A stretch of 64,000 nucleotides of DNA from Lama glama. Lineage: Eukaryota. The stretch lies in the NCBI GenBank assembly GCA_028534125.1, contig CM052817.1:61320001-61384000 (forward strand). Direction: 5' to 3'. Positions 1 through 13,353 of the stretch are shown here, piece after piece; the first letter of the stretch is position 1, and each line of letters begins with the position of its first letter. The position numbers and the translations under genes are program-made. Under the pieces are notes generated by a model. That model saw nothing but the letters and a program-made list of their open reading frames with translations. It did no database searches and had not been told where the DNA came from.

Positions 1-3000
1 ATTCCTGGTTTAAGAAAACCCCTGCATAAATATCTCTGCTGTTTTCCAATTACACACAAAATTATTGTAAATAAAAATCTACTGGTTTTCATCAAAATTA
101 TGCTCTCTTGTGGATACTTAGGAAATCTTAGAGGCATATATAGAAATATTGGCACAATTGAATTTATAGAAATGCTGCTTTACTTTTAGTAGGAAAAATT
201 GAGAATCAGAAAACCTTGGTTCTAATGAAAGTTTATCTCTACTTATATGACATGTCACTTAATATTTCTGAATCTGTCTCCTTATCTGTAAAATAGAACT
301 TACAGTATATTGCTTACTTTTATCAATAGAATTGCTGTTAAAATCATAGCCCAAAAGATAATTTGGAAGCTCTGATATGAAACATAAAAAAAGGCATTAG
401 GAGGAAAAACAGTGCTGATAATGTTTTTTCAAGAACATTTGTCTTTAGGACATTAAAAGTTGCTTCACTAGTAGAAAAATATGGAATATAAATTTATCAT
501 AACAACATAAAATGGAATGAAGAATTCAAGTAAGGAAAGCTTGGACAGTCCTAATACTAGAAATTGTTTCAGTTATCTCTATCTTTCTATCTGCAGGCTT
601 AGGGCTTGCATTCATTCAACAAATACTTATGGAACAGCTACTATTTGAGACTCCAGTGATTTGCAGTTTATAGTTTGCCTGTTATATCCACTAACAGAAG
701 TTTTATACAGACAGAGTTAAAGAAACATATTGTAACCATGTGGCTGCATCATGTCCAAAACCTAATCTTCATAAAACCATAAAATCCCTCCATTCAATGA
801 ATTATATTAGTTATTCAGTCCTGTAGTTTGTGGTTGGTAACCAGATAAGTCAATATTAGACTCCTGCACTTACAGCTTTTGGATTATGTTGTGATGCTCA
901 TAGTTAACACCACATGGCATTTCTTCACTGTTATCCAAGTTGTACTTCATTAGGAGATGTTAAAACCTTCCATTCTTAAACCTAGGTTTTAAAAAATTCC
1001 TTTATGATATCTAAGTATTCAAATATTATCTATGTGTTGACTACGATTTAGTCTGGAAAATATATTAAACCGTGATTTTATTTTGAATAATAATAGATAA
1101 TAAATTTATTCTCTTTTCCAAAATGTTATTTTGGTTCATGCTTTAAACAAAAATATGTGGTATTAAGACTGTAAAGATTTTGGTCTTACCATAGTATTTC
1201 ACATCATTTAAAACCTGCAATTTCCCTTTTTAATTAAGGCTAAAGTTAGAAGAAACCATAAAACAGAAAACTATTGGAGTTTAGTTTTCTCATATTACTA
1301 GAAAAATGTGAAACATATGATTTTAATTTTTAGTATATTATAATCTATTTTCAGAATATTGGAGGTTTTTGGTTAAATAATTTCAGTGATCTATTATATA
1401 TACATAAGCACACAGATGTACACTCATATATATAAAAGAAATAGAATTTCAACTGACATTTACATTTCCCTATTCTGCAATGACTCTCAAAATAGCTAAA
1501 TGATTTTGACTAAATTTAGTATACTTCTAATGAGTATAATAATAGATATAAAGTTTAATTTGTATTTCTCTGCCATTTGAAACACAATCAGTCATAAAAA
1601 TATTCAAGCAGCTATGTTTTCTATGACCACAAAGACAGAGCTGACACCTGCTGACCCTTTCCTGGCACACCCAATATTACATGTAATATTTTGGATAGAT
1701 GGCACAGAAATAACATTTCCTTATCTTCCAGGCAGTAACTTTTCCCTTTATTGAAGATCTTCTTGTTTCTAAAAGCCAAACTTGATTAGGAGATGTGCTG
1801 ATTCAGCTAGCTCTGGTTCCTACTTTATTATTTGTTCTACAGATTTCGTGACTCATTCCAGGCATCTAGTTTGATGTTGTTGATGGACACGATTACCCTT
1901 TTGAATACATCAGGGCCTTTGTAAGGAATATTCTGCATCTAGTTTGTCATTCTCTGGGAACCAGAGAAGATATAGATGTTTTACATATGGCTTTAAGCAG
2001 ATTTGTTTTTTCAAGACACTGAATTATATTTCTCTTTTGAGAGTTTTCTCACTAAATAAAATCATGAGTACTCTTTTTTACTTGCAGAATAAGTGTTGTA
2101 TTTCCATGAAGTAGAATTGAATAAAACTTTGCATGTAAATTGAAGTAACATATTTTTCTAATTACCTCTATCAAAGTTAAAGGCTTGGTTTCTCCTTCAA
2201 GATTTAAAACTTCTATAGAAAGTCTAATCAAAGAGGAATGGCAGTAAAATTTTTGACAAGATTTAGTAAAACAGCAAGAAGATGATACAGGCTCTACTTA
2301 GTGAGTTCTTTGTGAAATTAGATGAGCATGAATGAGAAGAGACTGGATAGGCTGCTCATTTGCTTCATTAAATTATGCTAAAGTGATTAGTAATTTTAAT
2401 TTCTTTCTGCTCTATAGGGAAAGTCACTCAGTATTTTTCACATTTTTATATTTCAAATATGGAAAATCTGGATTACTAGAACATTATTTAGTAATGTTAA
2501 GAAATTTATGGCAAACAAAAATGTCTTAAAAGTCATCATGTGAAAAATATTTGTTAAAGACTTCTTGAAGATATATACTGTTTAAAAAAATACTAAAGAT
2601 TGTTATTGAAATAATACTTTAATATATATTGTTTTGCAAGAAGTGATTAATTTGCAAAACATTTGTTCCCTTGGATTGTAAAATTAGTGCATGTTTATTG
2701 TAGAAAGTTTAGAAAGAAAATTTAAATCTACTGTAATAGCCCATCCCCCAGAGATGATCACAGTTAATATACTGACATTTCTTTCCAGTCCTTTTTAATA
2801 TCTGTGTGTGTACAAATTAAAAAATGGAACACTTTGCATTTAGTTTTATTTTTGCTTTCTTCACTTTATTTTATATAGCCAGGTTTTTTCCCCCATTACA
2901 TTAAAAAGTGTCTGAAACATGATGAATAAGTAATTGCTCAATAACATCTCATGTTATTTTGGGTTACTGTTACCTATCTATAATTAATTTCCAAACTGGT

Positions 3001-3039
3001 TGTTGACCCTGGAACCTTTTGCTGAAATGAAATCTTAAA

Positions 3040-3101
3040 TGGAAGGAAGGAGGGATGGATGGAACGAGGAAAGGAAGGAAAAAAAGGAAGGAAGGAAGGA
3101 A
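3040..3101 (+). repeat. (GGAA/GGAT)n purine-rich repeat
   Basis: ggaaggaaggagggatggatggaacgaggaaaggaaggaa...ggaaggaaggaaggaa. Confidence 0.8.
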
Positions 3102-3759
3102 ATCTATAAAGTAAAGCCGTTATGTTTGGAGGTTATGAATATCCTCACCCTTATCCTCCTCTCTGGGCAGCTTCTGCAGGAGTTCTCTGAAATACACTTT
3201 GATAATTATTTAGTATTTTATCCTTTATCAATTCTGAATCAAAATTGCTGTGTTCAGACTGCTGTGTAAATCACAGTTCCTCCATCAACAGCAGTGCAGT
3301 TGGCAGACATCAGCATCAGAAATTGATGAGAACCTAACAAGTACCTAAGAAGTAGAACTCAACTGTGTCTTTCATAAGCACGCTTATATCCACTTATCAT
3401 TTGGCTTTAGTAATGTTGAATGTACTATTTAGTGATAATACTGTTGTTTCACAAATTGAACTATCCATAGAACTAAAAATGATGAGTCGAGATAAATGTA
3501 TATAATCTTAAGAATAACATCTTATTTGTTTGTTGTTTACAATGCCCCTTAAATAACTTTTTTTTAATTCCCTGATTTCAGTCACACCTGTATCTAAGAA
3601 TTCTGTAATTAACAGAATATATAATTGGGTAGAGAAGAAAAGTCTCTGATATTAACAACAACAATTTAAAATCAACTTAGATCCCACATTGGATAGTCAT
3701 TAATATTTCTGTCAAAATGCTTATATACTTGTAAGCAAAGTTTTGAAAGTATGTATTTT

Positions 3760-4748
3760 AATTTTTTTTAACATTTTTATTGGTTTATAATAATTTTACA
3801 ATGTTGTGTCAAATTCCAATGTAGAGCACAACTTTTCAGTTATACATGAATATATATATATTAATTGTCACATTTTTTTCTCTGTGAGCTACCATAAGAT
3901 CTTGTGTATATTTCCCTGTGCTATACAGTATAATCTTGTTTATCTATTCTACAATTTTGAAATCCCGTCTATCCCTTCCTACCCTCCACCCCCTTGGCAA
4001 CCACAAGTTTGCATTCTATGTCTATGAGTCTGTTTCTATTTTGTATTTATGCTTTGTTTGTTTGTTTGTTTGTTTGTTTTAGATTCCACATATGAGTGAT
4101 CTCGTATGGTATTTTTCTCTCTCTTTCTGGCTTACTTCACTTAGAATGACATTCTCCAGGAGCATCCATGTTGCTGCAAATGGCGTTATGTTGTCAGTTT
4201 TTATGGCTGAGTAGTATTCCATTGTATAAATATACCACCTCTTCTTTATCCAGTCATCCGTTGATGGACATTTAGGCTAACTCCATGTCTTGGCTATTGT
4301 AAATAGTGCTGTTATGAACATTGGGATGCAAATGTCATCCTGAAGTAGGGTTCCTTCTGGATATATGCCCAGGGGCGGGATTCCTGGGTCATATGGTAAG
4401 TCTATTCCTAGTCTTTTGAGGAATCTCCATACTGTTTTCCACAGTGGCTGCACCAAACTGCATTCCCACCAGCAGTGTAGGAGGGTTCCCCTTTCTCCAC
4501 AGCCTCTCCAGCATTTGTCATTTGTGGATTTTTGAATGATGGCCATTCTGACTGGTGTGAGGTGATACCTCATTGNNNNNNNNNNNNNNNNNNNNNNNNN
4601 NNNNNNNNNNNNNNNNNNNNNNNNNNNNNNNNNNNNNNNNNNNNNNNNNNNNNNNNNNNNNNNNNNNNNNNNNNNATTGGGTTGTTTGGTTGTTTCTTAT
4701 TAAGTCATATGAGCTGCTTGTATATTCTGGAGATCAAGCCTTTGTTGG
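3760..4748 (-). mobile_element. 5'-truncated, relatively young LINE-1 (ORF2 C-terminus plus 3'UTR), interrupted by an assembly gap
   Basis: ORF 4277-4573(-) [13 protein letters not shown]...[19 protein letters not shown] is the L1 ORF2p cysteine-rich C-terminus. T-rich tail at the left end. 16-bp TSD tgaaagtatgtatttt (3744-3759) / tgaaagtgtatatttt (4749-4764). Confidence 0.93.
4576..4675. other. Assembly gap (100 N)
   Basis: Run of exactly 100 N. Confidence 1.
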
Positions 4749-4934
4749 TGAAAGTGTATATTTTTAAAGGTGATGAAATATGGTAAAATTCCATTCAAGG
4801 TAACTATTAGAGCAAAATACTAAGAATAACTTTGCAAGAACAATTTTAAGAATCTGTCCATATACATGTGCATAAATCCATCTGATTTCTGTGATGCCTT
4901 ACAAAGTTATGAACAGGAGATAATTTTTTTTGGC

Positions 4935-5768
4935 AGTTTTTTTTTCATTTGTTTATGTATTTTAAAATAAAAACTGTATACATTTAAGGTGAACAACATG
5001 ATGATTTGATGTGCAAATACATAGTGAAATGACTACTACAGTCAAGTTTATTAATATATCATCTCCTTACATAGTTACCATTTTGTGTGAGATGAGTTCA
5101 CCTAAAATCTACTCTGTCAGCATATTTCCAGCGTTCAATACAGTATTACTGGTTAGTCATCATGCCTGTACATTAATCTCTGCACTTACTCATCCCACAT
5201 ACCTACAACTTGGTGCCCTTTGATCAACTTCTCCCCACTTCCCCCACCTCCTCCCCTCCCTGCCAGCCCCCTGGTAACCACCATTCAACTCTCTGCTTCT
5301 ATGAGTTCAACATTTTATTTTTTATATTCCACATATAAGTAGATTATACAGTATTTGCTTTTCTCTGTCTGGCTTACATCACTTCAGGTTTATACACATT
5401 TTCCACAAAAGACAGGATTTCCTTATTTCTCATGGCTGAATAAAATGTATATGTATATGTATATATATACATCTTCTTTATCCATTTATCCATTGATGGA
5501 CACTTGGGTTTTTTCTATATCTTGGCTAATGTGAATAATGCTGCAATGAACATAGGAGTGCAGATATCTCTTTGCCATCCTGGTTTCATTTCCTTTTGGA
5601 TAAGTACCCAGAAGCAGGATTGCTGGATCATGTAGTAGTTCTTGTCTTAATTTTTTGAGCAGTCTCCACACTCTGTTGCTGTTGCGCAGACTGCTCTAGG
5701 TATATGTCTGTTAGGTCCATTTGATCTATATTGTTGTGCAAGTCTCCTGTTTCCCTATTCATTTTCAT
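4935..5768 (-). mobile_element. Older LINE-1 (L1MA/L1MB-like) 3' end joined to an ORF2 endonuclease-region fragment
   Basis: 3'UTR-type motifs (catttaaggtgaacaacatgatg; ctctgcttctatgagttcaac). ORF 5486-5671(-) is ORF2 C-terminus-like. ORF 5628-5819(-) contains ETGDLHNNIDQMDLTDIY, typical of the ORF2 EN region. Confidence 0.85.
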
Positions 5769-5869
5769 ACAAATATATTTGTAGTTTTTATGAAACACAA
5801 ACCCCAGAGCAAAAATCACCAGGTTATTTGATATTTAGCTCAATTTGTTATAATGTGTTATTGAGGCCA

Positions 5870-6105
5870 ATAATATTATTAAGTAACTATTTAATTAATG
5901 TACTAATCATATTACATAAATTATCACATTTAATGTGTACAAAAACACTTAAAGACACATACTATTATTATCTCCAATTTTCAGGTAAGGAAACCAAGGC
6001 TTGAGAATTTAAGATATTTATCCTGTGTCACATAGCTACTAAATGTATAGCAATATATTCAAACCCATCTCTATTTGAGTCCAAAATCTAGGTTCTAAAT
6101 AATTA
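5870..6105 (-). mobile_element. MIR SINE
   Basis: tattattatctccaattttcaggtaaggaaaccaaggcttgaga...tcacatagctactaaatg (reverse MIR core). Confidence 0.65.
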
Positions 6106-6659
6106 CAGGGTTTTTTTTCCCCTCTGTTCTGTAATCAAATTGAACTCCTAACTAACTGTTTAATATATATTCACCTCTGATTACAATATTAGATCTGGAG
6201 AGTAAGGGAAAATGGATTGCTCAAATTAAAATGATTACTACTTTGTTATTTTAAAAACTAACAGTGCATGCACTGCAGTGACATCATTAAGACATTCATT
6301 AATAAAATATATACTTTTTTAGCTTCCAATATTGCTTTTAAGAGGTGGCCAGGTAGGTGGTCAGGGGGAGAGGGAAGGCACTGCAAGACTGGGAAAGCAA
6401 TAGCTTCAAGGTATGGGCCATTAATAAGCATGAAGATACTCGCTGGTGTTCATACGATTTAATCCCATATGATACTGGCATTGGTACCACTGGCTTCTAT
6501 TGATTTCCTTAGTTTTCCTCCTGTCTCTTTGGGCTGTCATTCACAGTTTGCTTTGCAGGTTTATCCTGCTCATCTGATTCCTTTAATGTCTCCTTCATGG
6601 TTATGTTTCAGGCTTCCTCTTTTTTTCACCTACACATACCCCAGATGGTTACATGCATA

Positions 6660-7597
6660 GCTCACGGTTTTAATTACAGTCTATATGTTGATGACTTACA
6701 AATCTTTATCTGGAAAAACTGATTTTGTCTCCTGTGCTCCATTATCACATATATAACTATTAATATCTCCATTGTCCATCCGTTGCCCTGGCAAGAATTG
6801 TGGGTATTGTTTTTTATTCTCTCTCTCTCTTTCTTTCTCTCTCTCTCTTTCCTGTCTCTCATCAAATAATTACCAAGGCTTTTAAAGTCCACTTTTTAAA
6901 TCTCTCCCAAATTTGTCAACTTCTCTCCATTTCTTGATTTAAATCTCCATCATTCTTGCTGGGATCATTGCAACAGCTTTGTAATCATATTCCTAATAAC
7001 ATTTCCCTTCTCAAATCCATTCAAATGCAGACAGAGTGATTGTCCCCTACTTTAAAAATCAACACTGGCTGCTCATTGCCTTCATGGTAAAGCTCGAAAT
7101 CCTAACAAGGATGAGAATTGCCTTCAATACTGACATCGCCAACCTCATCTCTTCTCACTCCGTCCCAGTGTCTAGGCTCGCATCGTACTGTCTCTTACTT
7201 TTGGGGTCTTGTTCAAGCTAGTACCTTTCATTGATATACTTTTCCATCTTTCTATTGCCCCTTCTCTCCTCCTTCACATTTGGTCTTCAGATCCTTATTC
7301 CTTCTTGTCCTTCAGTTTTTAGCTCAGATACTACTTTCTCTGGAAAATTTCCTGGTTTCAGAGGTTGAATTAGGTAGCCTTTCTTTATGCCTTCATAGCA
7401 CCTTGAACTTACACTCATCCTAGAACTTACTATACTTTTCTACAGGGCTGGTTCTTGTCTAAACATTTGGTTTTATCCTATATTAGATATCAAACCCATG
7501 GGAGTGAGGATCATGTGTTCTTCACTGTTACATCTCCAATAAATGCCTGGCACATGACACTTACTCAAGAAACATTTGTTATATGAATGAATGAATA
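6660..7597 (+). mobile_element. LINE-2 3' fragment
   Basis: Pyrimidine-rich body ending tgcctggcacatgacacttactcaagaaacatttgttatatgaatgaatgaat. Confidence 0.7.
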
Positions 7598-7924
7598 ACA
7601 TAATCCAGAGATGAACTTGACCTTTTTAAAATTCATAATCAATTGAGATGGATAGAACCCATATTCTTTCATTTAAAGGATGGCATTCTAAGCCCAGTGA
7701 GTTATGAACAAATTTAAAGAGGATAATGGATCACCTCTTTCTTCTTAAGAAAATATAAACTATTAAAATGGAAAAATTAATAATTCAGGCTGCATGGAGA
7801 AACAAAGCTCCCTGGATAACAGACACAAAGTTGTTCTAAGCTTTATTTATTTTGAGGTTTACAATTATTTAGAAGTCCTTATTTAGTAGATAAGAGAAGG
7901 TAATTTTCCTTTGCCAGTTCCTAA

Positions 7925-7925
<1 letters not shown>

Positions 7926-7961
<36 letters not shown>

Positions 7962-7965
7962 CATA
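7926..7965. repeat. (TA)n microsatellite
   Basis: About 14 TA units with TG/CA edges. Confidence 0.9.
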
Positions 7966-9849
7966 TTTGATTAATCAAAATTGATTAACAAAGGAGAAGG
8001 GGAAGTTAATCAAAAGCCCACTCCTCATTCTTTAAGTTCACACACAAGCCTAGAGCTTAAGACTTTCATTTAAACCCCAACTAACATAAGCCCCATCTGT
8101 CATTTCTGGTCATCGCCTCTACTCTATTAATAGGAAGAACCCAGGACATACCTCATCACTTCCAAACAGTGACAGGATGGAGTGCTAAGGAATGTTAAGT
8201 GTGTGGCATCTGGGCTCAGTCAGAAACAGTAAAACATATTTTAAAATAAAAAGCCTTATGATTCAGTTATCTCATTTATACAAGGGGAAAAAAAATCCCA
8301 GAAACATGCACAAAGTTGGATATTTGAGCATTTCAAGAGAAATATTTTTTCTCCTCTACCCCAGTTCAAGTTATAGGGTAAAGACTTTTTAAATCTAAAT
8401 GGGAAACTTATTTTTTTCCTTAAGAGAGCTTTACTCTTTGCTTACTAAGTCTTTGTTTTTCTTATTAGAGCTACATGCTTTGGATTTGTCTATGTTTAAG
8501 GAGTTCTCATGCAAGTGTGTCCCAATCACAATCTTGTTAACGAATGCTGAGTAATGATTCCAGGAGTTTTAGTGCCTTTTGCATGTGCACTTAGCACACT
8601 GTGTAGATAGAGAATGAACAGGAAGATTTTATTTTGACTGTGGACTTACTTTCCATTGGTAATGAAAAGCATAGCACACTTTTAAAGAAAGTTCTAGTTC
8701 AACCATTTTTTTCTCTCTTTGATCTTTACTTAACCAATAATTTGGTTACTAAGTTATGTATTCAGCTCTTGTCCCAAAATAGTGTCCATTGCAGTGAAAC
8801 TTAACATTCCTGTGTTTGAACTGAATGCTTCTATTTAAGAATTCCTAGGAAAAGGGCCGCTATTTTTAACTGGTCCAATCTATCAGAAGCATGAAATTAG
8901 TTTAGCTTTTTAAGCTATACTTCTTACTAAAATCAATACTTTGAAAAAGATGTTTAAATCGATGTTTAAATCAATGCCTAAAAATGCCTAAAGTAAGTAC
9001 TCACTCTCTTAACAGCACTTGGAACTAAACATCTGGATTTTAATTTCAGACTGTTTTGCTTGTTTTAGTTGTGTATTTCAATACAACACTATCTTTAACA
9101 TCTTGTAATTAAAGATCAAAATTCCTACTATAAAAAATTTCCCTTAAATAGTAAATATACCAAATTAGTCTACAGCATTCCAGAGTTTTCCCAGAAAATA
9201 GTGGTTGTTCTCATTGGTACATGCATACAATAGTAAAGAAGTCAAGGAATTTCAGATAAATTTTAACTGGGGTCACTATGTAAAAATCTCTGAGGATCCC
9301 ACAGCTTAATCTGCAGAGAAAAATACTATGAATATTTCAGAAATAATTCAATGGTTTCAGTTTCAGTTCTATTATCTCCTACCCAAAGAAAAAAATCATA
9401 GTGTAATCTCTCTCCTCTTTTATCGTTTATTAATTGCAAACTACACAGCTCTTCACTGCAGGGAGACATGCTCTTAGAGTGAAATAGTAGGTCAGTGCTA
9501 CATTATTTCTAGGAATAATGTTGGACAGCATTCGTTCTTAGAATCTACTGGTAAATTTTGCGTATAGTACAAGATCTGGAAAGCCTGAAGATCCCCAAGT
9601 TTATTTCTGGGCATTCAGTCTAGAGCATCCATTGAACACGTCGTGCAGTTCCTTCTCCAGTCCTTCATCGTGGACTAAAGAACAAATTCCTCAGGATAAT
9701 GAGTGATGACAATGGGGCTGACAGAGTAACTGTCAGCTTATTTTTACAGTCCAACAAACTTTCCATTTTAAGCAACAGTGATCTACATCTTTCATGAGTT
9801 AAAATGTTTAAATTACTTGGTGAACAGTGGATCTTACCTCCTTTTTTCT

Positions 9850-10220
9850 TACTTTTTATTTTGAGCAAAAATTCCAAATATACCAAAAAGGTCCAAGAAT
9901 AGAATAATGAATCCCCTTTTGCCCTTCACCTAAAATTCACCAGATTCTTGCTGTTGTCTGTTTTTTCTGTCTCATCCCTTCCTGTCCTTTTCTCCATATA
10001 TACTTAATAGTAGTAAATTTAGCACTAATAGTTTTACTGAATGATTTGCTTATATAACTGTAATATAATTATAAAATTTAGGAAATTATACAGTGATAAA
10101 TCACTATTATTAATACAGAGTCCACATTCAGATCTTTCCAGTTGTCTCAGTATCATTCTTTATAGAAATGTTTTTAAAATGTTAGGTCAAATCCAGGATC
10201 ACACTTATCATGAATTCTAT
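9850..10220 (-). mobile_element. Old LINE-1 3' fragment (L1MC4/5-like)
   Basis: ttttattttgagcaaaaattccaaatatacc...; ...tccacattcagatctttccagttgtctcag...tccaggatcacac resemble the recalled L1MC 3' consensus. Confidence 0.6.
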
Positions 10221-10494
10221 ATTTAAAAAAATTAATTTTATCTCAAATTAGAAAATGCAAATGAAGTCATTGTATGTAAAGATCAGTAATTTCATCCTTA
10301 CGGTACCAACAAAACAATGTTAAAATTATTAGAAGAAAAATTTAATCAAATTTTCTAGGCAATGTCATTTATATATCTAGCACTAGTTAAAATCCTGAAC
10401 ATTTTAGAAGAGATCTCGTGGTTCTTGCTCTCCAACAACTCACAGTCTGCGTGCTAAAGCAGATCTAGCACCCAAGTAACAGTTGACTAATAAA

Positions 10495-11035
10495 GAACTA
10501 TTATATCCAGCAGCTTCTGGGCAAAACAAGCCACTCTTAAAAGTAGTAACTTAAGATGATAATCTTTCTTTTTTTTTAGTTGGCAGTTCTATGAGTTGGC
10601 AATGCCAGTTGGCCAGTTCTTCTGTCGGTCTCGCCTGGACTCAGTCATGCAGCTGCAGTATGTTGCTTGGCTTGGCTGGGGGCTAGTGGCCCTAGGGCAG
10701 CCACGCTCATAGGTTTGGTGATTGATACTGGCTATTGGTTGGTATTGATCCTGAATTAGGAAGAAAGGATGATCCGGCCACATGTCTCCATCAGGATAGC
10801 GAAGCTCTTTCACATGGTTGGTCTTAGGGTTCTAAGGAGCAACAAGAGAAGGCAAGCCCCAGTGTACCGCATTTTTTCAAGTCTCTTTTTGCCCTGCATT
10901 TGCTTATTGCCTCTTTGGCCAAATTATATTAAATGGCCAAGTCCAGGGTCATTATTTGAGAATCTCTCCAAAGTCATGGATGGAGGAGACATGGACAAAT
11001 CAGGGTCATCACTGCAAAAATCTATCTCAACAGTA
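10495..11035 (-). mobile_element. MaLR LTR (MLT1-type)
   Basis: cagttcttctg...ggactcagtcatgcagctgcag...gcaagccccagtgt...ttggccaaa...atggccaagtccag are MLT1 motifs. Confidence 0.65.
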
Positions 11036-13258
11036 TAAAATTTGCCTAGAATGAGATTAATGAGCAATATCATGGAATAAATATTATTTTATAATCACAC
11101 CTTATTTTAAAAGTATGAAATGTTAGTCAAGAACCACTGTAGGAATTATGATACAAAATTATCATGGTTAGAATTGTTAATAAGACCTCAAGAAAAGAAT
11201 GACATGTAATGGCTCACAAAGAATGGATAAGAATTAGATGCATAGAGAGAAATTTATGGTCAGAGGATTCCAAGTGGGTAAATGAGGGATATAACTTTTA
11301 AAAGTTATGGAACTGGCAAAGAACATGATATATATGTGGGATAGTGAAGGAACAAACTTAACAAGTTAAATAGTAGTAGAGTAGATGGCCAATCAGAAAT
11401 AATAGAAAATAAGATCAAATAGATGTAATCAGTGTAAACTATGAATGGGGGCATTGAAAGTTCAGGCATAGTGTAGAATTGTTGTAGTTCCACGCCATTA
11501 ACAGTATTTTAAGAGGAATTATTTAGTAACAGCATTAAGATGGAAGAGGTCAGGGGTGAGCTGTAAAAACCAGATATACATTTATTACAGTAATCCAAAT
11601 TAAGCAATAACATTGAGAATAAAGAGACTGGGACAAATCTAGGAGACATATTAAGTGAGAAGAAAGAAAGATACAAATTTGAGATATGTTTTATGAAGGG
11701 AACTGTGGAATTTTTAAACTATAGACTTAGACTCATTATCTATTTCCTCTCCCATTCCTCTTCCTTCTACCTCATAGTATTTACATATGTTTTAAAAGAG
11801 CTAAAGTATCATCTTTAGTATTTTGTCCCAGTTTGTTTAGCTGTTCTCCATACAACTTCCAAAATTTCCTATTTCTGAACACTCTGTGATTTGTCGACAC
11901 CATTAAACTCTGACTCCCAGAATAGAGCACAGTATCTCAAATGTACCTGCCTCAGACAGAGTACAGTACTGATCTGTATAGCATACTTGTATTAATGCAG
12001 CTGATGTCTACATTAGATATTTTTCCTGTGTTATCACATGATCAGTTTATATTTATTCTATAAAATCAACCAAGTTCCTCAGAAATTTTATATGAGTGCA
12101 TTCAAAGTCAGGTTATCTTCTAAATATTTTTTTCCAAATATTTTTACAAGTCTGGTCCAAAAATATTCCTAAATTTTTAAAAACATTTTTATGCCTATGC
12201 CCTAAAAGAGACTCATTCTAGACATGGGCAAACTTTTAAAAAATCTTTAGGAATAATTTTCAATCTATAAGAGTACCTTTTATCAATATTATCTGAATGC
12301 CATTATACGGTCCTGTAACATGTGGGTCCACAATCAAATGTAATATTTAGTACAAATTATATTCTCTTACTTTCATAATAATAATTTACTTATTCTAACA
12401 TGGTTATAGAAACAATTCAAAAACCTCCATTTCTGTTCTTAACATACAACTTTATCCCTAGAGAGCAAGGAATCTAAAATCATGAGGTATAAGTCCACTG
12501 GAAAGCCAGACATTTTCTGGACACTCATGTACAAGACAATGTGCTCACTGCTAAATATAGCATTAGAGTGACAATTAGTCCCATAATGTCATTTTGTTGG
12601 AAAAGGAGTGAAAACTATCGGCTTCCCAGTTTTTCATCTTCTTACAAGCAAGGTACAACTAAATATGCCAGTTTAAGAACAGGTGTAAACAAGGGACGCA
12701 GAAAGGACCGAGCCCTCATCCTCCCCCTTCACACACACCTATTCCAATTTTTAAACATTGGCATCCTCCAGCATTATAAGTTTCTTTTTTAAATTTTGCT
12801 AAACACTGAAAATCATCTCAATGACAAGTGAGTCAAGCATGTAAGATCAAAGAATTGTTTTTCTAGTAAATAAAACATTATTACTCTTTGGCCTTTATAG
12901 TAAAAAAAAAAATCTTGTTTGTACATATCCTCTCCTATATTAAAAGTTTCTTCAGGGATGAGAACTAGCTCTTACTTCTTTTGTGAATAGCTGCATGTGG
13001 GTAGTTTCATAATAGATATTTAACAAGTATTTTTTTTTTGTTAAATGTAAAAATCTATGTGATAGCAACAAGCAAAAACCCACCTATACATATGAATGTA
13101 TATGAGTGTGCCTTTAAACCAGGGAGATCAAATCTCTCGGGATATGAAGATGAAAGCGACAATGATGGCAAACTCTTTCTTATTTTGTTATTATTTTATT
13201 TTTTCTTTTCTTTTTAATTTTTTTTATGATACTCCGATTAAATATGTCTAGGGCACTT

Positions 13259-13332
13259 GAGGAGAGAGAGGAGAGGGGGATGGGGGAGAGAGAGAGAGAA
13301 GTTGTTGGGGGAGAGAGAAAAAGAGAGAGAGA
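13259..13332 (+). repeat. GA-rich polypurine tract
   Basis: gaggagagagaggagaggggga...gagagagagagagaa...gagagagaaaaagagagagaga. Confidence 0.85.
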
Positions 13333-13339
13333 TTGAGAA

Positions 13340-13353
13340 CCACTAGAGGGCGG
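13340..13353 (+). promoter_or_regulatory. CTCF core motif
   Basis: CCACTAGAGGGCGG fits the CCASYAGRKGGCRS consensus at every position, with its CpG retained. Confidence 0.65.
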
